64,000 bases of DNA from Nitrospirales bacterium (GCA_965203295.1 CBDBCZ010000010.1:1-64000); one strand, 5' to 3'; shown: positions 52,701 through 63,365, numbered from the stretch's first letter. The notes: generated from the sequence alone by a model not told the origin. A program made the numbers and translations.

Positions 52701-54850
52701 GCTAATGTCATTTTAGTACCCTGGTCTAACCGGTGACTTCAAAGAGTAAGGGGGGGTTTAACCTACTTAAATGCCCTGGACTAACCGGAAAACTTCAAAG
52801 GAAATACCTTATTAATTATTCATGTATGGTCTAAATAATTTTTGATAACGGTTATTAATTTAATCACAATGCCGTATACTTGCAGAGTGCAGCAGGAACG
52901 CCAACAGATGGACAGACGACGATTTGAGGCTGCCCACCTCAAATATGCAGCTCTCAAAATGGCAGCTAATTACTCCGAAGCCCTTCCTAGTCTTGCAGAA
53001 GATCACACCTGCCTTGTTCCTTGCCTTTGAAGCTAGATACGCTGGTAAGTATAAGTCTGCATATATGCAAGGTTTGTGTGTCTGTATGCTAACCAATATT
53101 CATATTGTCTGGTGTACATACATGTAGCACACACATGCACATACCCAGGCTGTGGCAGCGTCCTCGTGTTTGATGGTAACATGAAAAACAGAAGAGATGT
53201 GTGCTATGCCAAGGATATCGATGCTGGGTTCATTCAGTTTGATGGGCTCGCTGGATCGATCAAGACAGGGTGTCATGCAACCCCAGAGTTCAAAAGTTGC
53301 CATTGTACTCAGCACAAAAACAATGCATGTGATCACCTGCTGTGTGGGGATGTTGATCCTGACGAAGAGCTGGATGTACCCACGGGGCCTGCACTACGAT
53401 CGCACCAGAGGAAGGTGAACCCTGGAAGCCCAGTTGCAGAGATGATAGTAGCTAAAAAGGCAACCAGGAAGCAAACCTACTACCAGGTATTTATGTATCT
53501 CTATATATATATTCACATGTATATACCCAATTAAGAAATCACGCATAGTGATGCAATACTGTCTTTTACTAATAGGTCCTTTGGCTAGGCCACCCAGAGT
53601 GTAAAGCAACTTGGGAGCCTGCATCTTCTCTCCCACAAAATCTGGTTGCTGACTACGAAGCAGGAATTACTGCAGAAAGCGCAGTAGACACAGTGTCACT
53701 ATATGGTCATGTGTCTAGCACTGTGACACTAGCTCAGAGGAGTCTTGATGGGGCATCTCCACCAAAAAAGAAGAAAGGAGAGCGGCCATGCCATGGTGAC
53801 TTGGAAGGGTAGGTTTCATAGCCTATTCAACACAGGAATGTGTTTCAATCGGTTGGTTTTACGTATAATTGTAGAGTGTTTGAGGAGATCACTGCTGAGA
53901 AGCTAACCTGCAATACAGAGAAAGATCGTACAGTTCGCCTAAATCACAGAACAGCAGGTACGTTTCTGGAGTACTATATATAAAGGTGTAAAGCCTTCAA
54001 TCTTCATACATCTCTGATAGGGATTGTGGTGGGAATGTGGCCTTGTGGGGTCATTACTCTTCTTCGAGAGCTCTTTCTGGCTGAGTCAAAAGCTCAAGTA
54101 TATGGCCATCTTCACCAGTTTCTACAGTCTGCACCTGCAACAGCCTCAAACCTGGGTATGTGTTTATATATACCCGCTGTAGGGGAGACAACTACTTCTA
54201 TATTTATAGTACTGTTGATATGTACTGCATTTGATGCTGTACATGATCTACTTTTCTACATTCAGAGTATGTTTGCTATGATGACGGTTGTCACTTTGCC
54301 AAGTATGCAGCCAATCCTTGCAGACGAGACCTGACAGAAACCACCAAGATTCTGTCCAGCATAAGCATTGTGGTGGATAAAATGCACATGGCAGGGCATG
54401 TTGATCCGTGGTGCCTGAAGACCTGTGACCCACACCTTTTCAAGGACTTGGAGAAGGTATGTTCATTTCCATCTTTATGGTGGCAATGGAGTTACAGATA
54501 ATTGTATTGTGCAAAACAGCAATGATATTTGTCACAGGTTGTTTTATTGACTCCTAGGGCTACATGCATTCCTACTACAGTACATATATAGATAGGTTCA
54601 TAAATAGTAGATGAGCATGCATGTCTTTCCCATATTAAACCCCCAATTGCTGCCACCTTTAGTTATGTACCCCTCTGAATACATGCAGGTGGACACCGAG
54701 GTTTGTGAGCAGACATTCTCATGGTTGTCTCGCTATAAAAAAATGACACACCGAATGAATCGCCATACTTTTATATTCTTTCTCTTGTACTTGTGTGAAC
54801 TACACAATAGTAGAGAGCTGGAAAAACTTCAGCGAGCCAACTCTATGTAA
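49758..54850 (+). CDS. KDZ-type transposase with CxC5/CxC6-like Cys clusters and chromodomain, copy B (about 8 exons)
   Basis: Exons about 49758-50464, 52886-53044, 53128-53487, 53576-53808, 53874-53957, 54021-54155, 54266-54456 and 54690-54850. Motifs CLSC..HYHKYC..GC..FYGY, HTCTYPGC..FDGNMK, WPCGVI...AESKAQVY, CYDDGCHF, VVDKMHMAGHVDPWC, VDTEVCEQTFSWL. Confidence 0.8.
50535..50712. repeat. Long imperfect palindrome at the Crypton 5' end
   Basis: Arms of about 80 bp (GATAGATCCCTCCCTAGAGGGAAC... / ...GTTCCCTCTAGGGAGGGGTCTATC) around the central GAGGGCGTAGCCCGA. Confidence 0.9.
51002..52426 (+). CDS. Crypton tyrosine recombinase (DUF3504; ZMYM/QRICH1/KCTD1-like), 474 aa, uninterrupted
   Basis: PEKTRKTTQWAMSVF, FVMEARRQDETPYPP, FGLRGGDEHR, SKNVQGG, IGKNKL, YTNHSGK, TGHRS..AVRAY. 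Confidence 0.9.
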   Translation: MEEGGWGFNALNFDEFEPNIDDSEDFKLTTSENSKRFGSPLSAKAIDRAIADRVPEKTRKTTQWAMSVFRSWCDARSINEPTEKLSSDMLADLLRRFVMEARRQDETPYPPATLMQIVAGIQRYFRENGQPSLTVFGDKDPRFARTRGSLDARMKTLTKEGVGTESKQAQPLTKEQEEKLWSLSIFSLNTGWGLTYIVFWYNCKLFGLRGGDEHRSLVREQFEIDYDQQGRFLRFKGRNSKNVQGGIKQRKVRFKDLKIYARQDLGERCIVDVYNHYFGFIPQTGPFYRKPTGDDPPKYSKQVIGKNKLGGLVKEMCSRAGFTGCYTNHSGKVTCAIELFAHNVDEQLIMRQTGHRSSAVRAYKRPGVAHDALVSAILQPPAPKQAKSVDKLDVPPPKCKPLCECQEPPPQGVAAVESRSNEPSVESKLSECWKSPPQGAVDFKREMPPVASKENYAPPTFQLPVVLNFNFGRC

Positions 54851-54926
54851 ACTGACTTTTGTGTATATTGTGCCTATAACATGGTATCATTGCACCCATC
54901 TCATGTTCTGTACAGTAGTGTGGACA

Positions 54927-56690
54927 GTGGGATATGTCTGCCTGGTGTGGATACCATTGGATGATCCAACCCATTCCATGGCTCCATGGATTGGGACGGA
55001 CTGTGGGATATATCTGCCTGGTGTGGATACCATTGGATGATCCAACCCATTCCATGGCTCCATGGATTGGGACGGACTGTGGGATATATCTGCCTGGTGT
55101 GGATACCATTGGATGATCCAACCCGTTCCATGGCTCCATGGATTGGGACGGACTGTGGGATATATCTGCATGGTGTGGATACCATTGGATGATCCAACCC
55201 ATTCCATGGCTCCATGGATTCGGACGGACAGTGGGATATGTCTGCCTGGTGTGGATACCATTGGATGATCCAACCCGTTCCATGGCTCCATGGATTGGGA
55301 CGGACTGTGGGATATATCTGCATGGTGTGGATACCATTGGATGATCCAACCCATTCCATGCCTCCATGGATTCGGACGGACAGTGGGATATATCTGCCTG
55401 GTGTGGATACCATTGGATGATCCAACCCATTCCATGGCTCCATGGATTGGGACGGACTGTGGGATATGTCTGCATGGTGTGGATACCATTGGATGATCCA
55501 ACCCGTTCCATGGCTCCATGGATTGGGACGGACTGTGGGATATATCTGCATGGTGTGGATACCATTGGATGATCCAACCCATTCCATGCCTCCATGGATT
55601 CGGACGGACAGTGGGATATGTCTGCCTGGTGTGGATACCATTGGATGATCCAACCCATTCCATGGCTCCATGGATTGGGACGGACTGTGGGATATATCTG
55701 CCTGGTGTGGATACCATTGGATGATCCAACCCGTTCCATGGCTCCATGGATTGGGACGGACTGTGGGATATATCTGCATGGTGTGAATACCATTGGATGA
55801 TCCAACCCATTCCATGGCTCCATGGATTCGGACGGACAGTGGGATATGTCTGCCTGGTGTGGATACCATTGGATGATCCAACCCGTTCCATGGCTCCATG
55901 GATTGGGACGGACTGTGGGATATATCTGCATGGTGTGGATACCATTGGATGATCCAACCCATTCCATGCCTCCATGGATTCGGACGGACAGTGGGATATA
56001 TCTGCCTGGTGTGGATACCATTGGATGATCCAACCCATTCCATGGCTCCATGGATTGGGACGGACTGTGGGATATGTCTGCATGGTGTGGATACCATTGG
56101 ATGATCCAACCCGTTCCATGGCTCCATGGATTGGGACGGACTGTGGGATATATCTGCCTGGTGTGGATACCATTGGATGATCCAACCCATTCCATGGCTC
56201 CATGGATTGGGACGGACTGTGGGATATGTCTGCATGGTGTGGATACCATTGGATGATCCAACCCGTTCCATGGCTCCATGGATTGGGACGGACTGTGTGA
56301 TATATCTGCATGGTGTGGATACCATTGGATGATCCAACCCATTCCATGGCTCCATGGATTCGGACGGACAGTGGGATATGTCTGCCTGGTGTGGATACCA
56401 TTGGATGATCCAACCCGTTGCATGGCTCCATGGATTGGGACGGACTGTGGGATATATCTGCATGGTGTGGATACCATTGGATGATCCAACCCATTCCATG
56501 CCTCCATGGATTCGGACGGACAGTGGGATATATCTGCCTGGTGTGGATACCATTGGATGATCCAACCCATTCCATGGCTCCATGGATTGGGACGGACTGT
56601 GGGATATGTCTGCATGGTGTGGATACCATTGGATGATCCAACCCATTCCATGGCTCCATGGATTGGATGGGATGGGCAGTGGGATATGCT
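54927..56690. repeat. 76-bp minisatellite, about 23 copies, right subterminal array
   Basis: Unit GTGGGATAT(A/G)TCTGC(C/A)TGGTGTGGATACCATTGGATGATCCAACCC(A/G)TTCCATG(G/C)CTCCATGGATT(G/C)GGACGGAC(T/A). No unique spacers. Confidence 0.97.
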
Positions 56691-58061
56691 AATATACTAT
56701 GGAAAGGAGCAGATGCCACTGGACTTTTGGATTTCCAGTGGTGTCCAAGGATTTCGATGGCAAACTTGGACATCACTCGGCAGCCAATCAATCGACCCAA
56801 CATTTGCTACTCGATTTTGAAGAAATCTGGCTTATCTGTGAGTTGTTTGATATCACATACAGTTGATGTGACTAGTTTAAATGTCAACTTTCTTTGCAGA
56901 AAGATCTCGGTGGGATAGCTTTTCACCTTCAGTCAGACCCAAAGAGTTTTCCAAAAACACTTTTATTTTGTAGAACAAAAAAGATTGTTGCAAGAGTGTA
57001 CTATTTCTTGCACAAGGCAGCTGGGAATGCAAGTGCTGTTAGCATGTATCATGCAACTTTGTCTGAGGAGACGAAGTCCCACATATACCATACGTTTTCT
57101 GCGCCAGATTCTCCCATTCGATTTCTTTGTGCTACAGTGGCATTTGGCATGGTAAGTGTTTTCCTACTTGTAGTAAATGCTGTGTGTTTAAATAGTTACA
57201 GTATGTGATTTTTGTGTAGGGTATGGATATCGCTGATATTCTGGTGACTTATCAGCTATGGGCTTCCAGTTTCAGTGTTAGAGTTTTATCAGGTAGCACT
57301 TCTTGCAAAAGTGAGCAAACTTCATAGTTTACTGCTATGTATTTTATTTTGTTCCCCAGCAAAGTGGACGGGCTGGAAGAGGTGGACAACAAAGTCTTTC
57401 ACTTTTGTTTTATGGTGGTTCGTCTGCAGAGATGAAGAATGCCAGTGGAGACTTGCGGGAGCTAGTAGATAATAAGGAGAATTGTCGTAGGAATACTATT
57501 TTAAAGGTTCTTGGTAGTGGAGAGGAGAGGCAACCACAGCGTATTGCATGTTGCGATGTCTGTGGAACTGAAAAGTTGCCATCAGCACTCCAAGTGATGT
57601 TTCCTTCTGCTGTGCCAGTTACGGCTAGACAAAGTCGTGCTCGTACTGTGCCCAGGCGGGTGCTTAACGAGCTGCGGGCTGCACTGATTACCGCTCGTGA
57701 TCAAATTGTTGACACAAGTACAGGGTTTCAAATGTTGGGTTCAGAAATAGTTTGTAGTACTAAAGTAATTAATGATTTGTGTAAAAATGTAGCATACATA
57801 GTGTAGAAGACCTTAAGATTATTCAAGGATTGAGAACAGATTTATATTTTTATTTTTATAATGTTATCTTGGATGTTTTACCATCACACATACGTAGGAA
57901 GAGACGATTGTAGTATACTGTGTGTAACAAGGTGTGAGCTCTGTATTGTCTATGTATGTCTGTCATATATTCATTAATCACTCGCTAAATGTAATGAAAT
58001 TGAACAGTGAATACTTAGTTAGAAATGGAGACCATGTGGCAGGTATGTTGTGCGCTAACAG

Positions 58062-61000
58062 TCAGTGGTGTAATTCATAAATAGAGTCTACTTCGTAGTG
58101 TTCATCCTCTTCCCTACTGCTTTCACCCAGGTCTGATTCTGTGTCTGTCTCCATCTTGAATATGCGGTCCAGCCACCCTCCTGTTGCCTTTTCCATTCCT
58201 TTTACTACAGGATCCTCAAATGGTGAGCCCGTTCGTTGCTCTGTTTCATAAGTTGACCTCTCCTCTAGAAGATGAGTACACATCTTCCTGATGTCTGCTG
58301 TAGCATCTGCAGTTGTATGATGGCTAGAACGGTGGGTGCCAAACTGGTCATCAACCTTTTTAGCAGCATCAAGAAGGAACAGGGTAGCCATAGATGCTTC
58401 AACAATATGTTTGTCTGTGATATTTGCCCCACTAGCACGAAGAGTTTCCTTCAGTACGCTACAGAAAGTGGAGACCGGATTTGATAGCAAATTTTGCTTA
58501 CTTAGTGTATACCCGCCTAATTTAAAATGCCTATTTACTTAGCCTCACGGCTAGTTATTATTAACCACCTACAACACTTACAGGTTGTAATGTTCAACCA
58601 GCTGGTCCACTGGTTTCCCATGCCCGGGTTTGCCATCAGTGTTCACTGTACGTTTATGTACAACTATGTAGGCTATATGCCTCGGAAAGTCAGCTTGAAT
58701 ACTGCAGATCATGTGCGCTGCTTCGGTGGAATAATTTTTCTTCCCGGTACCCAAAAATCACAATAGCCACATCTTCCTCAGACGAATTATGTGAGGACCA
58801 TTCTCAAATCGTATCGCTTGGCGCAAATTTGAATAAAGGAATGCTGTTGCAACAAACGACCGATGTAGCCCGTACACTGGATCCGACACCGACTCGAAGC
58901 AAGGCGCAATGGTATTGCTGACAATAGATGTTGCTGTCGTCTCGAGCCACTTCAGTGAGGAATCATGTGCGATGGAGTCAGTGGGGGACTTGATGTTTAG
59001 CTGCCCACAGATGCTAGCAACCATGTGAGCTTTGAAAGCATGCATCACAAACTCATCGGCAGTGCTGAAGGTCTTTGCCTTCTTATCTACTGTTAGTCGG
59101 TTGATGTACTCCCTCAGATGGCAAAGAAAACCGGTAATGGAGGGATTTCCCCAGTACGTCTCCACAATGACTTTCAAACACTCCCAAAGGAAGTGGAAGT
59201 CACCTGAGGTATGAATCCGTATAACATGCCCCTTTTAAACATGTATCCAGCCATAAATTTGTGGTGACCTACCTGGTATCTCATTGACCCATTTTAACCG
59301 GTTTATAACCTGAATCTCAGGATCCAGCCACTGCTTTCCCGAACGGATATTCTTGCATGTCATCTGGTCACCTATTACCACCTGTATATTAAAATTTTGT
59401 TTTCACTATGGTATCTTAACATTAATGCTCCACTGTTCATACCTGAGGATTACCATGAAGGTTTGCATCCATGGCAATCTTTTTTAGGATCTCAACATTC
59501 TCAGAAGTATACTTCTCATCCCGGAACAAGAGCTCCATTGGAACGACTCCCGAAGTGGCAACCGGATGCAGATTCTTTTCCAGAGGGGCGTATCGGGCAA
59601 GGCCTCTAAGGCTCTCAAATTCCTCGACTAGGAGACGCATCACAAAATTGACCGCTTGCTCATGCAATTCCTTACCATCTGCCTCATTGGGAAGGATGTC
59701 AGTGATTTGCAGTGTACTGCGTGGTTTTTGTGGTTTGCTGTCTTCCCAGTCCACTTCCCACTCAGGCAAGTGCTGTACCTTGATAGCAAGTCGTGAGGTC
59801 GCATTTAGCATTTGAGAGTGATGGGCTATGAAAGAGGTGTTATTTACAATTATTGTAATTCTTTTTGTAGGTTTTTGGTCACGCTTACCTTGGCATTCAT
59901 GACGGGCACGTCTGTGAATGTTGATGTTGTCGTATGCCCATAGCCAGTGGCCTTCCTGGACGACACGAAGATACCTTGCCTGCTCTGTCAAATTCCTGAG
60001 GTACTGCCATGTACTTCCGTATGACATGCACACACCAGCATGATTCAGTACGGTGATTGCCTGTTTTTTAAATTAACTGTTTATCATTCAGTTTCATTGA
60101 GTTAGAATAATGACTAAACTCACCTGTTTACTAGTAGCCCTAGCAACCAGCATAATGCTCATCAGTAACTGCACCCCCTTCACTCTGTTAGAGTGAGCAT
60201 TTAATAGGATGCAAGCTGACATCAAAGCCTTCATCTCTTCAGGGGTGTGTCCCTCCTGATCTGCTGCCCTGTTTCTCTCCGTTTTACCCAGGGTGGCAAA
60301 GAGGCGGTAGACGTCTGGCATGCCAGCCCGCAGCTCACTCATAACGCTGTCAATTGAGAAGGCTTCGAAGTGCTCCACGGTGTCAGGACCATGAAACACT
60401 TGGTTGGTTGTACGCCGTGCTACCTGATCCACCTGCTGTATTAAGTGAGCATTTCCACCTGCTGTATTAAGTGAGCATTTTCGGATTGAGCCTTGAGCTG
60501 CTGACTCTGTTGCTGCTCCATTGCCTCTAACACCCGAATGCGAGCTGTCAGTTGAGCAGTTTTTTGTTGCTCTGTCACTACAGCTTCAGATCGAGCTTTG
60601 AGCTTCTGACTCTGTTGCTGCTCCATTGCCTCTAACGCCTGAATGCAAGCCGTCAGTTGAGCAGTTTTTTGCCGCTATGACTCTAATGCTTGTTCGAGGT
60701 CACTGGTAATTTGAGGAGAAACTTCCACTGTATGTTGAGATGGGCTAGCTGAAGGCTCTGGCTCAGATGGAATTTTCAACTGAACTCCAAAGATTCTGTT
60801 TCCACTTTTTGTCTGAGTGCTTTGGCTGTGTGGAAACGCCTCCTTGATTATGCCTGTAGCCTCAACTCTGCTAATAGATTCAGATGGAAATCCTTCTTGT
60901 AGCATTTGGTAGATGTCTGAAAATTTTGTATGTTTTTTATCACACCCAATTGTTGGTGCTACTGTCAGCCTTTCCTTAAGCCTGAAAGAGAGCAATCAAA

Positions 61001-61076
61001 GTAAGCTGATTTTTCCTACAGACTGACGTGCAACTTGAACTTCCCATTCAACCTTCGAATGCCTTCTAGATGACAT
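58062..61076 (-). pseudogene. AcademH transposase (DUF6589-like), multi-exon, with lesions
   Basis: LNHAGVCMSY, WAYDNINI, GDQMTCKNIR, GDFHFLWECL, LRQAIRFENG. Premature TAG at 60675-60677 and a 26-bp duplication at about 60430-60480. Coiled-coil repeats at 60490-60700. Confidence 0.82.
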
Positions 61077-61099
61077 GTTGACAGTGCAACGTGTAACGG

Positions 61100-61335
61100 A
61101 CTGAACTGAGACTGCACAAATCTAGCTGAAGACTGACGAAACGTAGAGAACGTAGGCGAACTGAAGACTGACCGAACCTGGAGAACGTATGTGAACTGAA
61201 GACTAGAGTAGACTAACTGAAGACTGACCGAACCTAGAGTAGACTAACTGAAGACTGACCGAACCTAGAGTAGACTAACTGAAGACTGCTGAACCTAGAG
61301 TAGACTGACTAAAAACTATAGTAGACTGAATAACT
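61100..61335. repeat. About 30-bp tandem repeats upstream of the Academ transposase; other short arrays at 61455-61545 and 61965-62025
   Basis: GAACCTAGAGTAGACTAACTGAAGACTGACC units; TAATTGTGTCCATGTGCGTCAT three times; AACGCGAACGTAAGCGTT three times. Confidence 0.8.
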
Positions 61336-62183
61336 GGACTAAATGACCTCTCTGCTCTCTTTTATGCCTCCTGCAGCATCAGTTCCTGTATGTATCAGTT
61401 CCTGTACATGTGAAATGTACCTGTTTTGGTTCTGATTAACTATTATGTACTAGTGATAATTGTGTCCATGTGCGTCATGTTTTGTGTAATTGTGTCCATG
61501 TGCGTCATCTTTAGCGATAATTGTGTCCATGTGCATCATCTTTAGTATTCATGACATCATCTTAGAAATAATTGACCTTCCCATGCACGTGTAGCCTGTC
61601 ATTTGACACATGCCTGGCATTCTGAAAGCGTGAAATGTTCATATAATATAAAAGTAACGCAAGTAAATGATTTATATCGCAAAAAACTGTCAATAACAAT
61701 GCAGGTTACAACCAATGTCATGCATAACGGTTTGATAGCAAGTAAAGGCGATATCACTATGGGTACTTGTACTACCTGCACTGCAGTTGGGGCAGCTCCG
61801 CTTGAATCGAGTTTCCAGAAGCAGAATTGTTTATTACGGGACTGTCTGCCAACAAAAAATTGCTATTGCTGAACGTCCACTCGTGTAAAACGTATTCAGA
61901 ACTCGTACGGCCGTTTGGCAACGCTAGCTCTCGCCCTCTCCTGGCGCCATTTTTTTGCAGACTACAACGCGAACGTAAGCGTTAACGCGAACGTAAGCGT
62001 TAACGCGAACGTAAGCGTTTACGCGTTATGCGTCACGCGTAATCGGATTAACAAAACCACACACCCTACGTCACGGCGCTGACACATGTCGCGTGACGAA
62101 ATGTACCAGGCTCCCTGCCTGCTTTTTTCCACTTTGTGATTAAAAGCTGGGGGGTGGAGCCTGGGAACGAGGCTAGAGTTCTC

Positions 62184-63162
62184 CACAGTGGAGTGAAGGC
62201 AACACTGAGAGGTGAGGTCTCAATTTTGGATCTTCCGAGGAAGAAGCTTTCTCAGACAGATCCTGAGAAGGTGTACAGTTAGCAAGAGGTTTGAAGGAAG
62301 GCCATATCGAGCTCCTGACCCTCCTCCATTACCGTTCTTCCGAGTCAACGAAGCTCCGCCTTTTGCTTACACCGGGGTAGACTTTGCCGGACCTCTCTAC
62401 ATCAAAGGAGCCAATGTCACGTCCAACAAGGTCTGGATGAGCTTATTCACCTGTTGCGTAACACGTGCTGTTCACCTTGACCTCGTCCAGGATCTCTCCG
62501 CCCCGTCGTTCCTTAGGTGCCTAAAGAGGTTCACAGCTCGTAAGGGACTTCCCACCAAGAATTTTGAGTCTGCCCGACCACCTCTGGCGAAGTACTAAAG
62601 AAGACGATGGAGATCTCACGATGGAGATCTCACAGCTGGTCCAGAAGTTCTCACAAAAAGGGCCAGGCATTTGAACAAAGTACTGAGCCGATTTTAGACC
62701 CGGTGGAGGAAAGAATACCTCCTAGAGCTGAGGGAGGCCCACCGACATCATCGTGGCCATGTCCATACATCACCAGTAGCCGTTGATGATGTTGTTATTG
62801 TGCATTCTGCAGATCGACCTTGGAACTTCTGGAAGCTAGGTCGAATCAAGGAGCTTCTGATGGGACGAGATGGCAAAGTCAGGGGTGCAGTCCTACAGGT
62901 AGTTGGCGAAGGTCGACGAGCCACCTCACTGTACCGTCCTGTAGAGATGTTGTACCCACTCGAGGTATCTCAGCCCACTCGCGGAGACTCTGACAACAAC
63001 CCAGAGCAACCAGGAGCCCCTCTCAACCAGCCTGGCGGTGGCGAAGATACCCGACCGGATGACCCTGATGCAAGTAAACCTCCATCTCGCCGCTTGAGAC
63101 GTGCAACCACACTGCAGGCCCGTGATCGAATATTGGCCCAAGCACTTAACAAAGCTGACTGA
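62184..63162 (+). pseudogene. BEL/Pao integrase and C-terminal (DUF5641-like) fragments
   Basis: PFAYTGVDFAGP, LFTCCVTRAVHLDLV, RFTARKG, internal deletion, WRKEYLLELR, WKLGRI..GRDGKVR. Confidence 0.9.
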
Positions 63163-63165
63163 GTT

Positions 63166-63365
63166 TCTTATGGAACTTAAATTCCTTCTTTGTCTACCAC
63201 TGAATGCGTCTGTGATCACTCATTTATTGCATCGTCATTACATCATTGTGATCACGTGTTTGTAAGAGTCAGATTAATGAAGTTTTGTGAACACGTGTGG
63301 TGCAGCTAGCAGAAGAATCCTGCATGATCGCCTCCATGGGAAGTGATATGGTAGTGCCTATTACA
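63166..63365 (+). repeat. 3' LTR
   Basis: Direct repeat of 39344-39543 ending in TTACA. No polypurine tract visible upstream. Confidence 0.92.

Larger units (their letters stand above)
50535..52837 (+). mobile_element. Crypton-type tyrosine-recombinase element in intron 1 of KDZ copy B
   Basis: Terminal 178-bp hairpin, 11-bp inverted motif TTAGACCATAC (50717-50727) / GTATGGTCTAA (52824-52834), single intronless YR ORF, no obvious TSD. Ends are approximate. Confidence 0.82.
45154..56773. mobile_element. TIR element carrying KDZ-chromodomain transposase and DUF3987-like ATPase with subterminal tandem arrays
   Basis: 31-bp TIR ATGTCCAAGTTTGCCATCAAAATCCTTGGAC / GTCCAAGGATTTCGATGGCAAACTTGGACAT (one mismatch). 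CACTC on both flanks. Interrupts a RecQ exon. Confidence 0.85.
44420..57912 (+). pseudogene. RecQ-like SF2 helicase of AcademH, split by the 45154-56773 insertion
   Basis: LRPGQ, ATGAGKS, SPLNGLMDEQ, VDEAH, GPDFR, CLTAT, then the insertion, then NRPNI, LLFCRT, YHA, CATVAFGMGMD, QQSGRAGR, CRR...CCDVC. Confidence 0.92.
43826..62175. mobile_element. AcademH-type DNA transposon (RecQ helicase plus convergent transposase)
   Basis: TIR of about 145-156 bp, TAGCCTCGTTCCCAGGCTCC... / ...GGAGCCTGGGAACGAGGCTA. TSD GAGTTCTC (43818-43825 and 62176-62183). Excision restores the BEL integrase HPRVLHSGVKATL. Confidence 0.92.
39344..63365 (+). mobile_element. BEL/Pao LTR retrotransposon (decayed), split by the AcademH insertion
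   Basis: 200-bp LTRs 39344-39543 and 63166-63365. Flanks TTTCC / CTTCC (5-bp TSD with one mismatch). PBS and gag-pol fragments present. Confidence 0.93.

Noticed and set aside
54927..56690. CRISPR-like array
   Set aside because: Units are contiguous with no unique spacers, there are no cas genes, and the context is eukaryotic.
54843..56803. Three long minus-strand ORFs (581-638 aa) and many 68-aa plus-strand ORFs
   Set aside because: These are by-products of a stop-free 76-bp repeat read through rotating frames. There is no evidence of coding.
44420..57912. Host DNA-repair RecQ gene
   Set aside because: It lies inside Academ TIRs, convergent with a DUF6589-like gene, so it is better explained as the AcademH helicase.
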